The translations under genes were made by a program, and so were the position numbers. From the NCBI GenBank assembly GCA_030141605.1, contig JAQGDQ010001830.1, forward strand, positions 1-23,827: DNA of 23,827 bases, given 5' to 3'. The notes below the pieces were generated by a model. It ran no database searches and was not told where the DNA came from. It was given only the letters and a program-made list of their open reading frames with translations. Origin of the DNA: Tubiluchus corallicola. Its lineage: Eukaryota; Animalia; Priapulida. Each line of letters opens with the position of its first letter. Position 1 is the first letter of the stretch. Positions 1 to 12,313 of this stretch are shown here, piece by piece.

Positions 1-152
1 TCTGATAATTAAATAATAGATTAAAAACTTAACTAACGGCGGGCGAGCTTAATTATTGATGACATCACAAACTAACGCAATTTTCAGTAGCGAAAATATT
101 CCACGAGCGTGTTGCACGTGTTTGCGAAAGTGAAAATTGAAGTATAGTGAGA
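1..152 (+). mobile_element. Partial copy A of an unclassified dispersed repeat (other copies at 9221 and 20622)
   Basis: TCTGATAATTAAATAATAGATTAAAAACTT...GACATCACAAACT...GTGTTTGC..AAG.GAAAATTGAAGTA.AGTG aligns by eye with 20624-20772. Similarity stops where the microsatellite starts. Confidence 0.8.
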
Positions 153-157
153 CACTG

Positions 158-259
158 TTATTCTTATTGTTGTTGTTGCTGCTGTTGTTGTTGTTACTGC
201 TGCTGCTGTTGCTGCTGCTGTGTTGCTGTTGTTGTTACTGTTGTTGCAATTGCTGTTAC

Positions 260-336
<77 letters not shown>

Positions 337-340
337 TTGT

Positions 341-372
<32 letters not shown>

Positions 373-506
373 CTGTTGCTGTTGTTGTTGTTGTTTTTGT
401 TGCTGTTGTTGTTGTTGTTGTTGTTACTGCTGTTGCTGTTGTTGTCATTGTCGTCGTCGTTGTTGTTGTTGTTGCTGTTGTTGTTGTTGCTATTCATATT
501 CTTCTT

Positions 507-589
<83 letters not shown>

Positions 590-618
590 CTATATACTTT
601 GTATTATTATTATTATTT
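158..618. repeat. Compound trinucleotide microsatellite (GTT/GCT)n-(CTT)n-(ATT)n
   Basis: Directly visible. The overlapping homopolymer ORFs are by-products. Confidence 0.97.
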
Positions 619-1157
619 TCTATTAACTTTGGCAAACTGCAACACAGAATCCTATTTTCAACAGCAGGGCCTGTTCATCAACGTTGTTTGTGGCGAGACT
701 AGAACCTAGCTTTTTATCGAGGAAAACACATTTACAATTATTATTCTAGCTTGTTTCAATTCAGTTCACAGGATTTGTTTCATAAAGTATTTGTGGTGTG
801 TTACAAGCTTTCGTATTAGAGTTATTACTGTGCTTTGTGTTTATGCACTTCCGTTTGCAGAAAACGAATTATCCGTTCTGTTTTTGCAGTTAACACGCCC
901 TCTAGACGCTCGTCAACAGGACTTTTCATATGTTTAATTTTTGTAGTGACAAGTTTAAAGATCGCAAATTTAGCTTGTTAATGCTTTTTACTAGTCCCTA
1001 AAACTATCAAAGATCTGATTTATACGGCTAATTGAGCAGCTTTAAGTAGCTGGCATCGCGTTTCAAATGGCGAAAGTGACGTCTAGTGCAGTAAATCAGA
1101 GTTTTGGCTTCAATGATTGAATTTACACGATCCTAGAGTAAATAGTTTGTTAGGATT

Positions 1158-1847
<690 letters not shown>

Positions 1848-2101
1848 GAAAGGAGAGAGAAGGATGCAAGCCATGTAGTCTGCTTTGTGATTTGTACATA
1901 TAATTTGCATATCTGCTTTCATCTGAAAGGTCTAATTCTAATCTACTGTGAAACATTAGACACGTGACAATGAAACAACCTACTTAATCATTGCAGTCTT
2001 AGAAACTCTTGATCTCAAACTTATCGATGATTTATTTCCATTCTAGATATGCAGTGACGTTGGTGGCGGAACCAGCCCATCATCTTCATGTCTCGGGTAG
2101 C

Positions 2102-3766
2102 ATGGAAGAGATACTAGAGCCTCCATCGTTCATCGTTCTATATCGCAATAGCAACGTGATAGACAGTGACGCAGAAACAGCGACACCAAACGTCTCAAGT
2201 ATCAAATACGTCCAATACGAATCAGTATGGCGCCCCGATGTCATACAGCGAGTGGCAACACTCAGCGTGCTGATGGTTATGACGCTGGTTGGCAACATCA
2301 CCATCATTTTTGTGCTCGCTTGCAGTCGGTACAGGAAGCGCTCGAGTCGCGTGAACATTTTCATGATCAATTTAGCCATAGGCGACCTGACCGTGTGTTT
2401 CGTCACGATGACGTCAGAGCTTTTGTTTGTTGTGTTCGGGGAATGGGTCCTGGGCCCTGCTGCTTGCAAAATCATCGTCTATGGTCAAATCGTGACGCTA
2501 GCCAGCACCACGTTCATACTGACCTCCATGGCGTTTGACCGCTATCAGGCCATATTCAAACCGCTTACTTTCGCAAACAGCCTCACGAGGGCGCGTCGTA
2601 TGATTGCACTCAGCTGGGTAATGGCGTTCTTCTTCGCAATTCCACAGCTGTTTATCTTCGTGGAAACCGACGACGGCGTCTATCCCGACGGGAGGGTGAA
2701 ACATGGCTGCAAGAGCATGGGTTACACTGCCCCCTGGCAGAGAAAAATGTACTTTACATTCATGACCGCCTACATTTTGGTAATTCCCGGTGTTTTGATG
2801 ACGTATTTCTATTCGACTGTTGTCTACATTGTCTGGCAACAGGGAAAACAGTGTATGCGATCTAGCGGCGACTTTATTCGTCGATCCATTGCCGATAAAA
2901 CGATTATACCTCGCGCTAAAGTAAAAACTGTGAAAATGACGCTGTGCATAATAGCCGTGTTCATCATCTGCTGGAGTCCATATTTCATCGTGACGTTAAT
3001 TATGATTTATTCCGAGTATAAAGCGAAAATAGCGCCATCTGTAATTGTTCTTGCCGAAACGATGGCTCTGCTAAATAGCGCCATAAATCCAATTCTTTAC
3101 GGATTCTTCAATCTTGAACGTGGCTTCTTCGGATCGTGCCTCTCCACGAGGCGAGCGAAAAAGAGACAGTTTGGAGGTTCGTTCCGCAGCGGAGGAACGG
3201 AATGCATGAGCATTACAGAAGAGAGGGCCTACATGAACATGTTCAGACGTGCCAATGCCAAACAGCCTCGTATGGCTTCCAATTTCTGCTTCAGGACTCC
3301 TCAGACGTCCACGTGCGCGTCCGTGGACAGAAGAGACTGCCGCAACGGTTACGTGTCGGAGAAGGACCGGAAGTCCGGGAGAATGGACTCCTCCTTCAGT
3401 CGAAGAAAGTGCGAAAACGGAATTGGCATGAAGGTGTTCAGAAGTTGTGAACGAAGAAGCAGTTTGTCTTCTAGTGATCGACATTCTTGTCACGAGGGTT
3501 CAGCAACATTTCCGATCAATCAGTCATCAATGAATTGTCACACAGCGCCTTCTGGCGAACTGTCGAGGAAGTTGGACGGCAGGTCGACGGACGCCATCGA
3601 GGTGGCGGCGGCGGCAACAGCGTCACCTAGGACCAGTTTCTGCAAACACATGTACGAGTTACAGCAACGAAACCGGAGAGGTTTCAAATTGCCTTGTTTT
3701 AACGGAAGGGCATCGCGACGCGAGGTGTCGCTAGGTGACGGAAACGTAACTTGTGATGCGGTGTGA
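2102..3766 (+). CDS. Rhodopsin-like (class A) neuropeptide GPCR of the vasopressin/NPS-CCAP/GnRH receptor superfamily, possibly an achatin-type receptor; coding region intronless, about 554 aa
   Basis: Seven hydrophobic segments with family motifs: TM1 GN, TM2 NLAIGDL, ECL1 W..G..ACK, TM3 DRY, ICL3 IPRAKVKTVKMT, TM6 CWSPYF, TM7 NSAINPILY. The frame is open from 2009 (TTG), with an ATG at 2027. ATG 2102 has a strong Kozak context (agcATGG) and follows a plausible acceptor tttatttccattctAG (2045-2046), so the N-terminus is uncertain. Confidence 0.93.
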   Translation: MEEILEPPSFIVLYRNSNVIDSDAETATPNVSSIKYVQYESVWRPDVIQRVATLSVLMVMTLVGNITIIFVLACSRYRKRSSRVNIFMINLAIGDLTVCFVTMTSELLFVVFGEWVLGPAACKIIVYGQIVTLASTTFILTSMAFDRYQAIFKPLTFANSLTRARRMIALSWVMAFFFAIPQLFIFVETDDGVYPDGRVKHGCKSMGYTAPWQRKMYFTFMTAYILVIPGVLMTYFYSTVVYIVWQQGKQCMRSSGDFIRRSIADKTIIPRAKVKTVKMTLCIIAVFIICWSPYFIVTLIMIYSEYKAKIAPSVIVLAETMALLNSAINPILYGFFNLERGFFGSCLSTRRAKKRQFGGSFRSGGTECMSITEERAYMNMFRRANAKQPRMASNFCFRTPQTSTCASVDRRDCRNGYVSEKDRKSGRMDSSFSRRKCENGIGMKVFRSCERRSSLSSSDRHSCHEGSATFPINQSSMNCHTAPSGELSRKLDGRSTDAIEVAAAATASPRTSFCKHMYELQQRNRRGFKLPCFNGRASRREVSLGDGNVTCDAV

Positions 3767-5072
3767 AACGAAACTATGTCTCCCTTTCTATTTGTTGTCG
3801 ATCTTTGCTCAACCAAACTTGTAAACTGATAATGTTAAATCATTTGATTAATTACTGCAGGTCCTTTAGATGTTCTTGTGTTTTCCGGGTCCCTTATTCA
3901 TTTCTAATGTAATTTCACATTTCTCTTAAAGCAGATATCTTCAAGGTTATATATATATATATATATAGGTTCCTAAAGCCCATATGACGAGAAAGACCAA
4001 TTTCCACTTTGCTACGTAAAGACGTGAGATCTGCAGCCGACAAAAGAAAATTACCTGGAATTTGGGAACGGTTAAGGATGGTCTGGGCCTCTTTTCGACA
4101 TGAGTGAGGAAATAATGTCCTCTTTTTTTGTAGTAATAAGGCTAGTTCACGGAAATCGTATCAGAAAGCTGATCCAGTCTTTTCATAAGTAGTTATTTCA
4201 GACGCTTTTCTAGTTCTCTCTCTTCATTATTTACCCTACATCTGTCCTACAATCAAAAGCAACTTTTTTCTTAAACGGAACAGAATTATATTCAGTGTCG
4301 GCTAATATATAGGTATCGATAGGCACTGTGGTACTGCAGCACCCCCTGTTTTCACTCATTATTATCGATAGTTTTCAATATAATAAGTATTTCTTCTTTA
4401 GTTCTTTCCTTATACTTGTGCAGAACCGGAGCACGTGAAGGTAGTACTGTTTGCTTCACAACCCAAGCAACGTGGTGTTTGGCTGTTGTGCGCAAGCGGC
4501 CTTGCCCACATGTCTGAAATAACACGCTGTACGCTAGCGTCTGCTGCTAGGTAGAAAAGCAAGTCTCTCGCACTTAACAGTTGCCACGTGCTTACCGTGT
4601 ACCGTCATATTTTTGGATATGATAAAGAGTAAACTTAGCGTGTGCGCTTAAAACATAAATGTTTAATAATGGACGCCTTGCATCCCCAAGAAATAACTTT
4701 GTGACTATAAGTGAACTACAACAGCTTAATTTTTCACAGTTGTCTCTCCATGAGAAAGTTGCAGTTAAGAAAAGAGAGTTACGTCTTACACAGTATTAAA
4801 ACAATGGCTAAAAATTTTCCGAAGTAGCACAGCCACTAATTTTAGTTACGAGCCGCCATTGTTTATATTCCAAAATGGGTTGGAACATTCTTAGAAGAAT
4901 CTACACAACTAATAAAACTGCAATAAGAGCCAGATGGAAGAAACAACCCTATCCAAAAATGTTTTTCATTAAACAGTTAACCAAATTGGATTAGTGGATC
5001 TTTGGAGCAGAACTGAATTACAGACCATCTTTGGAGCAGAACTGAATTACATATGATTACAAACAAATATAG

Positions 5073-5597
5073 GTTTTACACGTCAAATGTAGACACAGGA
5101 AACTTCAAATGTGACTTAGGTAAGTCAAATGTAGACACAGGAAACTTCAAATGTGAGTTAGGTAAGTCAAATGTAGCCATAGGAATTTCGAATGTGGTTT
5201 GGTAACTCAAATGTGACTTAGGTAAGCCAAATGTAGATGCATTACTTTGAATAAATCGGTAATTAAGTTATTTAAGTGCAAATTAGAAAAAGATAAACGA
5301 AAGATAGTGCATCTATTAGTAAGCCTATAACGTTGTTATTTTAACTTAAGAGCAATTATTAAATTGAAATTAAAGAAGGTTAAATTTAAACTTTACCACC
5401 TATCCACATTTGAGATACCAATGTCACATTTGACTTGACATGTGTCTACATTTGACTTACCAAAAACGCTTAAGATTTCTTGAAAACCATTGTTAACATA
5501 TTTGAATTACCAAATCTACATTTGAGTTACCAAGACACATTTGAATTACCTAAATCTACATTTGAGTTAACGCAGGTCTACATTTGACATGTAAAAC
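5073..5597. mobile_element. Foldback/MITE-like element with 22-bp inverted termini and inverted arrays of subterminal repeats
   Basis: GTTTTACACGTCAAATGTAGAC (5073) versus the reverse complement of GTCTACATTTGACATGTAAAAC (ends 5597): 1 mismatch. CAAATGT repeats every ~20-22 bp in the left arm and ACATTTG repeats in the right arm. Confidence 0.75.
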
Positions 5598-6351
5598 AAA
5601 TACTTCTTTAACGTCTCTAGTTAATTTAAACTTCAAATTTTGTCTTTTTGCCATTGTTTAATGAAAGTATTTCCTTTTGCACCCAACGTATAAACATTTA
5701 GTGTATATCAGTTCAGAAAAGCAGGTTCTTTTAAAACGCTTTCAGTCCAACAACGTTTGTCAACTACGGAAATTCTTTCCTGGACTGCTAGTGCAACCAC
5801 GTTATTTAAGATACAAATTCATTGAAAGTCATGAGAAGAATTTGTGCAGTAGACAACAATTATTGGACAGAAAGGGTTTTTATGAAGATAGTAGCAAAGA
5901 GTCTTAATCCTTCATATTCTTGTCCTTTCATCGTGTCCAGTGTCAGCAGTGTCCAGTCTAATGCGCTCTCGTACATTATCAGTAAATAACAACAAATGAC
6001 CGCACTGACCAGAGGTTTAACAAGTTACATGGCTTCCATTTTTGACCATCTATGGTCGTTTAAACTGTACCACTACACAACCATAGATATATTTTTATAT
6101 GGGTCTAAGTTGAAATAAACTGATAAATTAAAAAAACAGGTTTCAAATTCCCGTGAAATCATCCCCGCTAGAAAGTAAAAATTGCCAAACAAGGTTTGAG
6201 ATTTTCATTATTTTTCTTCTTGGTGGAATTACCTGATAAAGAGATTTCTATGGTTAGATAGAGAAATTTATGGGCTTTCTAACCGTAATAACTTTTTTGT
6301 TGTGGTCGCTTGCAATAGGCGCTAAAGTAACAGGTTCGCAGACCTTACACG

Positions 6352-6440
6352 CAGGGCCTATTTCAAGGGGGGAAAGTGGAGATACTTCCCCGGGGCCTCA
6401 CGCCAAGGTAACATTTTTTTGCTTTATGCGAACCTACTGC

Positions 6441-6516
<76 letters not shown>

Positions 6517-6777
6517 CCGCATGCACGCCGTTTGCCAGTATTGACAAGTATTAGGGACCGGTCTTGAGAATAAAGCAGTTTTTCTTTCAATTGTTCTTTC
6601 CTTTAACAACTGTATAACTCCATAGTTTCTCTTCGAAAATGCTTCGCCTACGTTCTAGCAGTTCAAAAATTTTCTGGGCGCCAATCATGGTAGCGCTCCC
6701 CCGGTTCTTTGCCCCCCCCCCATGGGGCCTCACACGCCCCACTTCCCCGGGCCTCGCCTAAGCTGAAATAGGCTCTG
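6352..6777. mobile_element. Non-autonomous hAT transposon (MITE) with an internal (CT)n tract
   Basis: TIRs CAGGGCCTATTTCA / TGAAATAGGCTCTG (13/14). 8-bp TSD CTTACACG (6344-6351) / CTTAGACG (6778-6785), 7/8. GGGCCTC subterminal motifs at both ends. Confidence 0.85.
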
Positions 6778-7233
6778 CTTAGACGGCACCTGGCGGAGAG
6801 TAGGCGAGTTTTGTGGAATGCTTCAACTGCAATATACATGTATTTAATATTAACGACCATTGATAGGTACATACATACACAGTATAGGCAAGAATTCTAC
6901 CTTCAAAACAACAATAAATGATATGATGTCTAAATGAATGTTCTAAGACTGGTAATAGGGGGTCAGTACTTACTTGGGTGCTATCACTGGACACTGGCCT
7001 GCTACTGCAATGTTAAGTGGTTTGTATGTGAAATCCTGGGGTAAAACAATTTCCGGTTTAACAATGTTTTTTTTAATTTATGAAATATTTTAAAATTATC
7101 GATGTTGCCTTTTCAGAATTTCATTGTTTATTAATTATTAATTTTATGATGACTGAATATTACCAGTTTTATTTTGTTAAACATCTTGTCTTTGTTTGAG
7201 ATTTTGTCTGAATCAAAGTGGTGTGTTTTACGA

Positions 7234-8021
7234 ATGACGATGACGATGGTGTTCACGTGGCAATGATGATTATAACGGCGGCGATGATGACAATAATGAA
7301 GACTATCACAGCCTCAAAGACAGCAATAATGATCATGGCTGTGGTGACGACAAAAATCATGGTGACAGTGATGGCAAAAATGATGATGAAATGATGACGA
7401 TGATAATGATGATGATGATGATGATAGTGATGATGATGATAACGACGATAATGCGACGATGATGGAGAAGATGATAATGATGACGACAATAACGATGATG
7501 ATTCTGATGACGATATTGACAATGAAGATGAAGATCATGACGAAGATGAGGATGATGATGATGATGCTGACGAAGATGATGATGATGAAATGATGATGAT
7601 GATAATGATGACGATGACGATGATAATGGAGAAGATGATAATGATGCTGATGATGCTGGTGATGATATTGACAATGCAGATGATGATGATGACGAAGATA
7701 ATGATGATGACGATGATGATGAAATGATGACGATGATAATGACGATGACGTTGATAGTGACGATGATGATAACGACGATAATGCGACGATGATGGAGAAG
7801 ATGATAATGACGACAATGACGATGATGATTCTGATGACGATATTGACAATGAAGATGATGATGATGATGATGAAATGATGATGATGATAATGATGACGAT
7901 GACGATGATAATGGAGAAGATGATAATGATGATGATGATGCTGATGGTGATATTTACAATGAAGATGATGATGATGACGAAGATGATGATGATGACGATG
8001 ATGATGACGCTGATGACGATG
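7234..8021. repeat. Degenerate (GAT/GAC/AAT)n trinucleotide repeat with internal block duplications
   Basis: Landmarks GAAATGATGA and ATGGAGAAGATGATAATGA each recur four times. About 7388-7720 resembles about 7721-8010. Confidence 0.9.
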
Positions 8022-8604
8022 GCAATCATCCTTCTGGCAATAACCACAACAATCAATTCTGACACGGAAACCTCTCTTGAGGACAATTCCTGGATCACAG
8101 ATGCACTAAGAGTTGTTCACTTAATTTGAAAATACGTGAAAATATTTCAAAATAATCCAACTGAATTACAAGCCAGTTCTGCTGATTGCCTGGCAGTTGT
8201 TTTCGCTGATTCTAGGTGCCCCCTGGTGGTTTAAATTCCATCTCTGCTAATCATGAAATAATAGAAACGCGACAAGTCCGCGAAATTGATGGTTTAGCTT
8301 TTCCCTTCCAAATAATTCTGCATTATCAACGATCGAGGCAAGAATTAATAGTTCGCCGTACGTGAAATCAACTATTTCTGAACTCTTCATCTATTTTCAA
8401 GGCAGGTAGGCAAATAAATAGACAGTTGGGTAACTAGGCAGACAGGTAAGCAAGCAATAGAATTTTGATTATTTTGAACTTTATTTAGTTCCTTCTGTTT
8501 TTATTACTTTTAGTAGTTGTTCGGGACGCTCAATAGAGGGCGCTATACTCCCTTTTAACTGTGAAACCAACGTACAATATACATCTTGCATATAGTTGAA
8601 TTAA

Positions 8605-9063
8605 CCGTTTCAGTCCCAAATTATTTTTTTAATAAGAAAAAAAATTTGGCTTGGTACTTTTGTTCAGTATGTCCATCTTGTTTACACATAATAATTATTT
8701 TTCTCTACCTGTGCCCGTTTGCTAAATATAGCCTGTATCCCAAGGGATACATTGGGATTCAATGGAAGCATAAAATGTGCTTCATTTTGCAACTGCTGAT
8801 AATTTTTTTAAGTATTTAAGACATTTAGTATGCATGCTGTGCTGATCTGTACAAAGTCGTCTCTAAAGTACTGTACCTTGCGCAGTTTTTTATGCTATGT
8901 AGATTTTCTAGTTTGCCATTTTATCACCATTTTTAGTCTATTGTTATTGGCTTAAATCAAAATAACTATTAACAGATCAAATAACTGTCAGTTTTAAAAT
9001 TTTATTAATTTTAAAGCCAGAAAATATTCTCGTATCCCACGGGATACAACGGGTATGAAAGGG
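8605..9063. mobile_element. piggyBac-like non-autonomous element
   Basis: Flanked by TTAA (8601-8604, 9064-9067). Termini CCGTTTCAGTCCC versus reverse-complemented CCCTTTCATACCC (10/13). Internal palindrome GTATCCCA(A/C)GGGATAC at about 8735 and 9032. Confidence 0.7.
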
Positions 9064-9220
9064 TTAATAATGTGCGATTAAACTGGCCTGGAAATGCAAG
9101 ATTACTATATAAACAGAGGGCGAACAAGATAAATTTCCCGACTTAAAGATGTTTTTCATATCTGAATTTTGAAGTACGATAAAAAGTATAGAATTTAACA
9201 CTTATAATGGTGCCAGAGCG

Positions 9221-9671
9221 TTTCTGATAATTAAATAATAGATTAAAAACTTGATTTGCGCCAGGCGAGCTCAACCATTGATGACATCACAAACTGTACG
9301 ATATTGTAAGATATTCAGTGTGTTGTACTAAAACTAGGCAAGTTTTGAGATAAAAAAAATCAAATTCCAAGTTTTTCAGTGTGCATGCGCATGAGGTCTC
9401 GAACGTGTGCACTACATCACAACTGAACATCTCTGAATTGAGAGGAACAGCACCTATTTTCATGCACTGCGTTTCCGAAATTCAGGCGCTAGTGCCCGTC
9501 TAACTAGCGAATGGCGAAATGCATGTAACAGTGAAGAACTAGTGGAGTGAACGTGAAATTGTGTTTGTGTGGTTATAATTCTTTCACGTAAGTCATTCTT
9601 GAAGAAATAGTTTGTTTCCTTTCAATATTTTTGATAGATTAGATTGTTTTGAAGTATAATTTAAACTAGGG
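9221..9671 (+). mobile_element. Copy B of the unclassified dispersed repeat
   Basis: Colinear with 20622-21138 but diverged, with an internal deletion of roughly 70 bp after CACAAACT. Confidence 0.85.
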
Positions 9672-10109
9672 TATAGTTTTCGTTTAGTCACTGCTTCTCA
9701 TTAAGAAAAAACTGTCTTCGGGCAAAAACGGCAACGGTGTAACGGTGTACATCGCTCACTCGCTTTCATTTTCTCGTCAATTCTAGATGTAACGAGATTT
9801 AAGCAGAGAGCAGATATTATCTCTCTCGTGAAATTCGGGGCAGCAATTTTCTCAATTCAAGTTTTTCGAAGAAAAGTCAGAAATGATTAACGTGAAAAGA
9901 GTTACTGAAGTTTTACACGTTTTCGTTTTGATGACAGAATGACGTAAGGCAGATTGAACATCGGTTAAGAAGGAAGAATGAAACAGTTTTTATAGGTTAT
10001 GCGTTATAGGTTGTCTTCTTCATACTTGACTTCGTTTTACAAGCGTGAAGTGGTTTTGCAGTAACGGATACCTTTTCACGTCATTGTGGTGTACTGGAAT
10101 GTAATTGTA

Positions 10110-11575
10110 AAGTTCAGTAGTTTGATGTAGTGTAGGATTATGTAATGTAATGTTGTTTGGTGTAGTGTAGGGTAGCATATTTTAGTGTGTAGTAGTGTAG
10201 TTTAATGCCAAGTAGTCTGATGCGGTGTAGAATGCTGCAGAGAGTAATCTAGCGTAATGTAGAGTAGACTAGTGTAGTCCAAGTGTAAGTGTACAGTAAT
10301 CTGATGTAATGTAGAGTGGTCTAGTGTAGTGCAGTGTAGCCTATTGTAAGTGTAGACTAATCGAGTGTAACGTAGAGTAGACTAGTGTAGTCCAAGTGTA
10401 AGTGTACAGTAATCTGGTGTAATGTAGAGTGGTCTAGTGTAGTGCAGAGTAGTCTGCTGTAAGTGTAGAGTAATCTAGTGTTACGCAGTGTATCGTAGTA
10501 AAGTGCAGTGTAGTTTAGTGTAAGTGTAGAGTAATCTAGTGTAATGTAGAGTAGACTAGTGTAGTCCACGTGTAAGTGTGCAGTAATCTGATGTAATTTG
10601 GTGTAATGTAGAGTAAACTAGTGCAGTGCAGTGCAGTGCAGTGCAGTGTAGTTTACTGTAAGCATAGAGTGATCTAGTGTAATGTGGAGTAGACTAGTGC
10701 AGTGCAGAGTAGTCTGCTGTAAGTGTAGAGTAATCTAGTGTAATGTAGAGTAGACTAGTGTAGTCCAAGTGTAAGTGTACAGTAATCTGGTGTAATGTAG
10801 AGTGGTCTAGTGCAATGCAGAGTAGTCTGCTGTAAGTGTAGAGTAATCTAGTGTAATGTAGAGTAGACTAGTGCAGTGCAGTGTAGTTTAGTGTAAGTAT
10901 AGAGTAATCTAGTGTAATGTAGAGTAGACTAGTGCAGTGCAGTGTAGTTTGGTGTAAGTATAGAGTGATCTAGTGTAATGTAGAGTAGACTAGTGCAGTG
11001 CGAAGTAGTCAACTGTAAGTATAGAGTAATCTAGTGTAATGCAGAGTAGGCTAGTGCAGTGCAGTGTAGTTTAGTGTAAGTGTAGTGTAATGCAGAGTAG
11101 GCTAGTGCAGTGCAGTGTAGTTTAGTGTAAGTGTAGAATAATCTAGTGTAATGCAGAGTAGACTAGTGCAGTGCAGTGTAGTTTAGTGTAAGTGTAGAGT
11201 GATCTAGTGTAATGTAGAGTAGACTAGTGCAGTGCAGTGTAGTTTACTGTAAGCATAGAGTGATCTAGTGTAATGTAGAGTAAACTAGTGCGGTGCAGTG
11301 CAGTGTAGTTCAGTGTAAGTGTAGAGTGATCTAGTGCAATGCAGAGTAGACTAGTGCAGTGCAGTGTAGTTCAGTGTAAGTGTAGAGTGATCTAGTGCAA
11401 TGCAGAGTAGACTGGTGCAGTGCACTGTAGTTTACTGTAAGCATAGGTTGATCTAGTGTAATGTAGAGTAAACTAGTGCAGTGCAGTGCAGTGTAGTTTA
11501 GTGTAAGTTTAGAGTAATGTAGTGTAATGTAGAGTAGACTAGTGTAAGTTTAGAGTAATCTAGTGTAGCGTAGAG
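10110..11575. repeat. Minisatellite of ~56-61 bp units derived from a TAGTG/CAGTG pentamer
   Basis: Unit approximately AGTAATCTAGTGTAATGTAGAGTAGACTAGTGCAGTGCAGTGTAGTTTAGTGTAAGTGTAG, about 20 copies, degenerate at the left edge. Confidence 0.95.
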
Positions 11576-11790
11576 TGGCGTTTTCAGATTGAGGTGTTTC
11601 GGGAGAATGTCTCTTTAACACTAGACTGCAGGTGCAGGCATCTCATCTTCAGACGGTGACTAGATTAGTGACCATGATGCCATTTGTGTACTGTACTAAC
11701 ATGTAAGAGATTCTTCTCAGATGCATATAAAAATACCATTTTGATTCAGGAAGCCAGAAAAACAGAAACAAAGAAAAATTTGAATTTATA

Positions 11791-11796
11791 TTTATT
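11791..11796 (-). terminator. Candidate polyadenylation signal of the guanylyl cyclase gene
   Basis: Minus strand reads AATAAA-tataaattCA-aatttttctttgtttctgtttttc: hexamer, CA about 10 nt later, then a U/GU-rich element. A weaker ATTAAA lies at about 13320-13325. Confidence 0.5.
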
Positions 11797-12313
11797 AAAT
11801 TTTATATTTTTTATCCAAGTTTACTGCTTTTCAACAATTACAGTATTACGCCTAGAAATCTTTTCGATGACTGTAATTGTTTGTACAGCAAAGCTACGCC
11901 CACAAAATAGACCATACAAACAATATTGTAAGTGGTGCTTTACAACCAAAAATGCACCAAAATGCCACTCACAAAAACAATAAACAACACCAATGAGCAA
12001 GCAGTTATCAAGCGCTGAAAATCAGCCATCTCTTATACCACGTCGTTCGTCACGTGACCTGGTAGCAATGTTGTGCACAAAAACCATTCTATATATATAC
12101 AAAAACACTGTAATGGCGCGAAAGACTACCAAGTTTTTTGTCGCGAGTTTTTGATCTGACGGCAAACTCGCAAATGTGAACCGGTTTACGTGTTACTGTC
12201 GGAAAAGTTATTGCAAACTGTCCGACAGTTGCTGCGAGTTGAGTTACTGTCTAGTGTGAACGCGTCGAGGAGTTACACTCGATAATTCTCACGGTGAATA
12301 GATGCTTGCCCAC

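Noticed and set aside
2086-3816. Alternative-frame and antisense ORFs overlapping the GPCR
   Set aside because: Shadow ORFs of a GC-richer coding region with no recognisable motifs.
6958-6980. GGTCAGTACTT, resembling part of 5S
   Set aside because: Only about 11 nt, with no further 5S similarity.
7253-8129. Asp-rich biomineralisation-type protein, or His/Ile/Met-rich ORFs
   Set aside because: The Asp frame is broken repeatedly; trinucleotide repeat decay explains the pattern.
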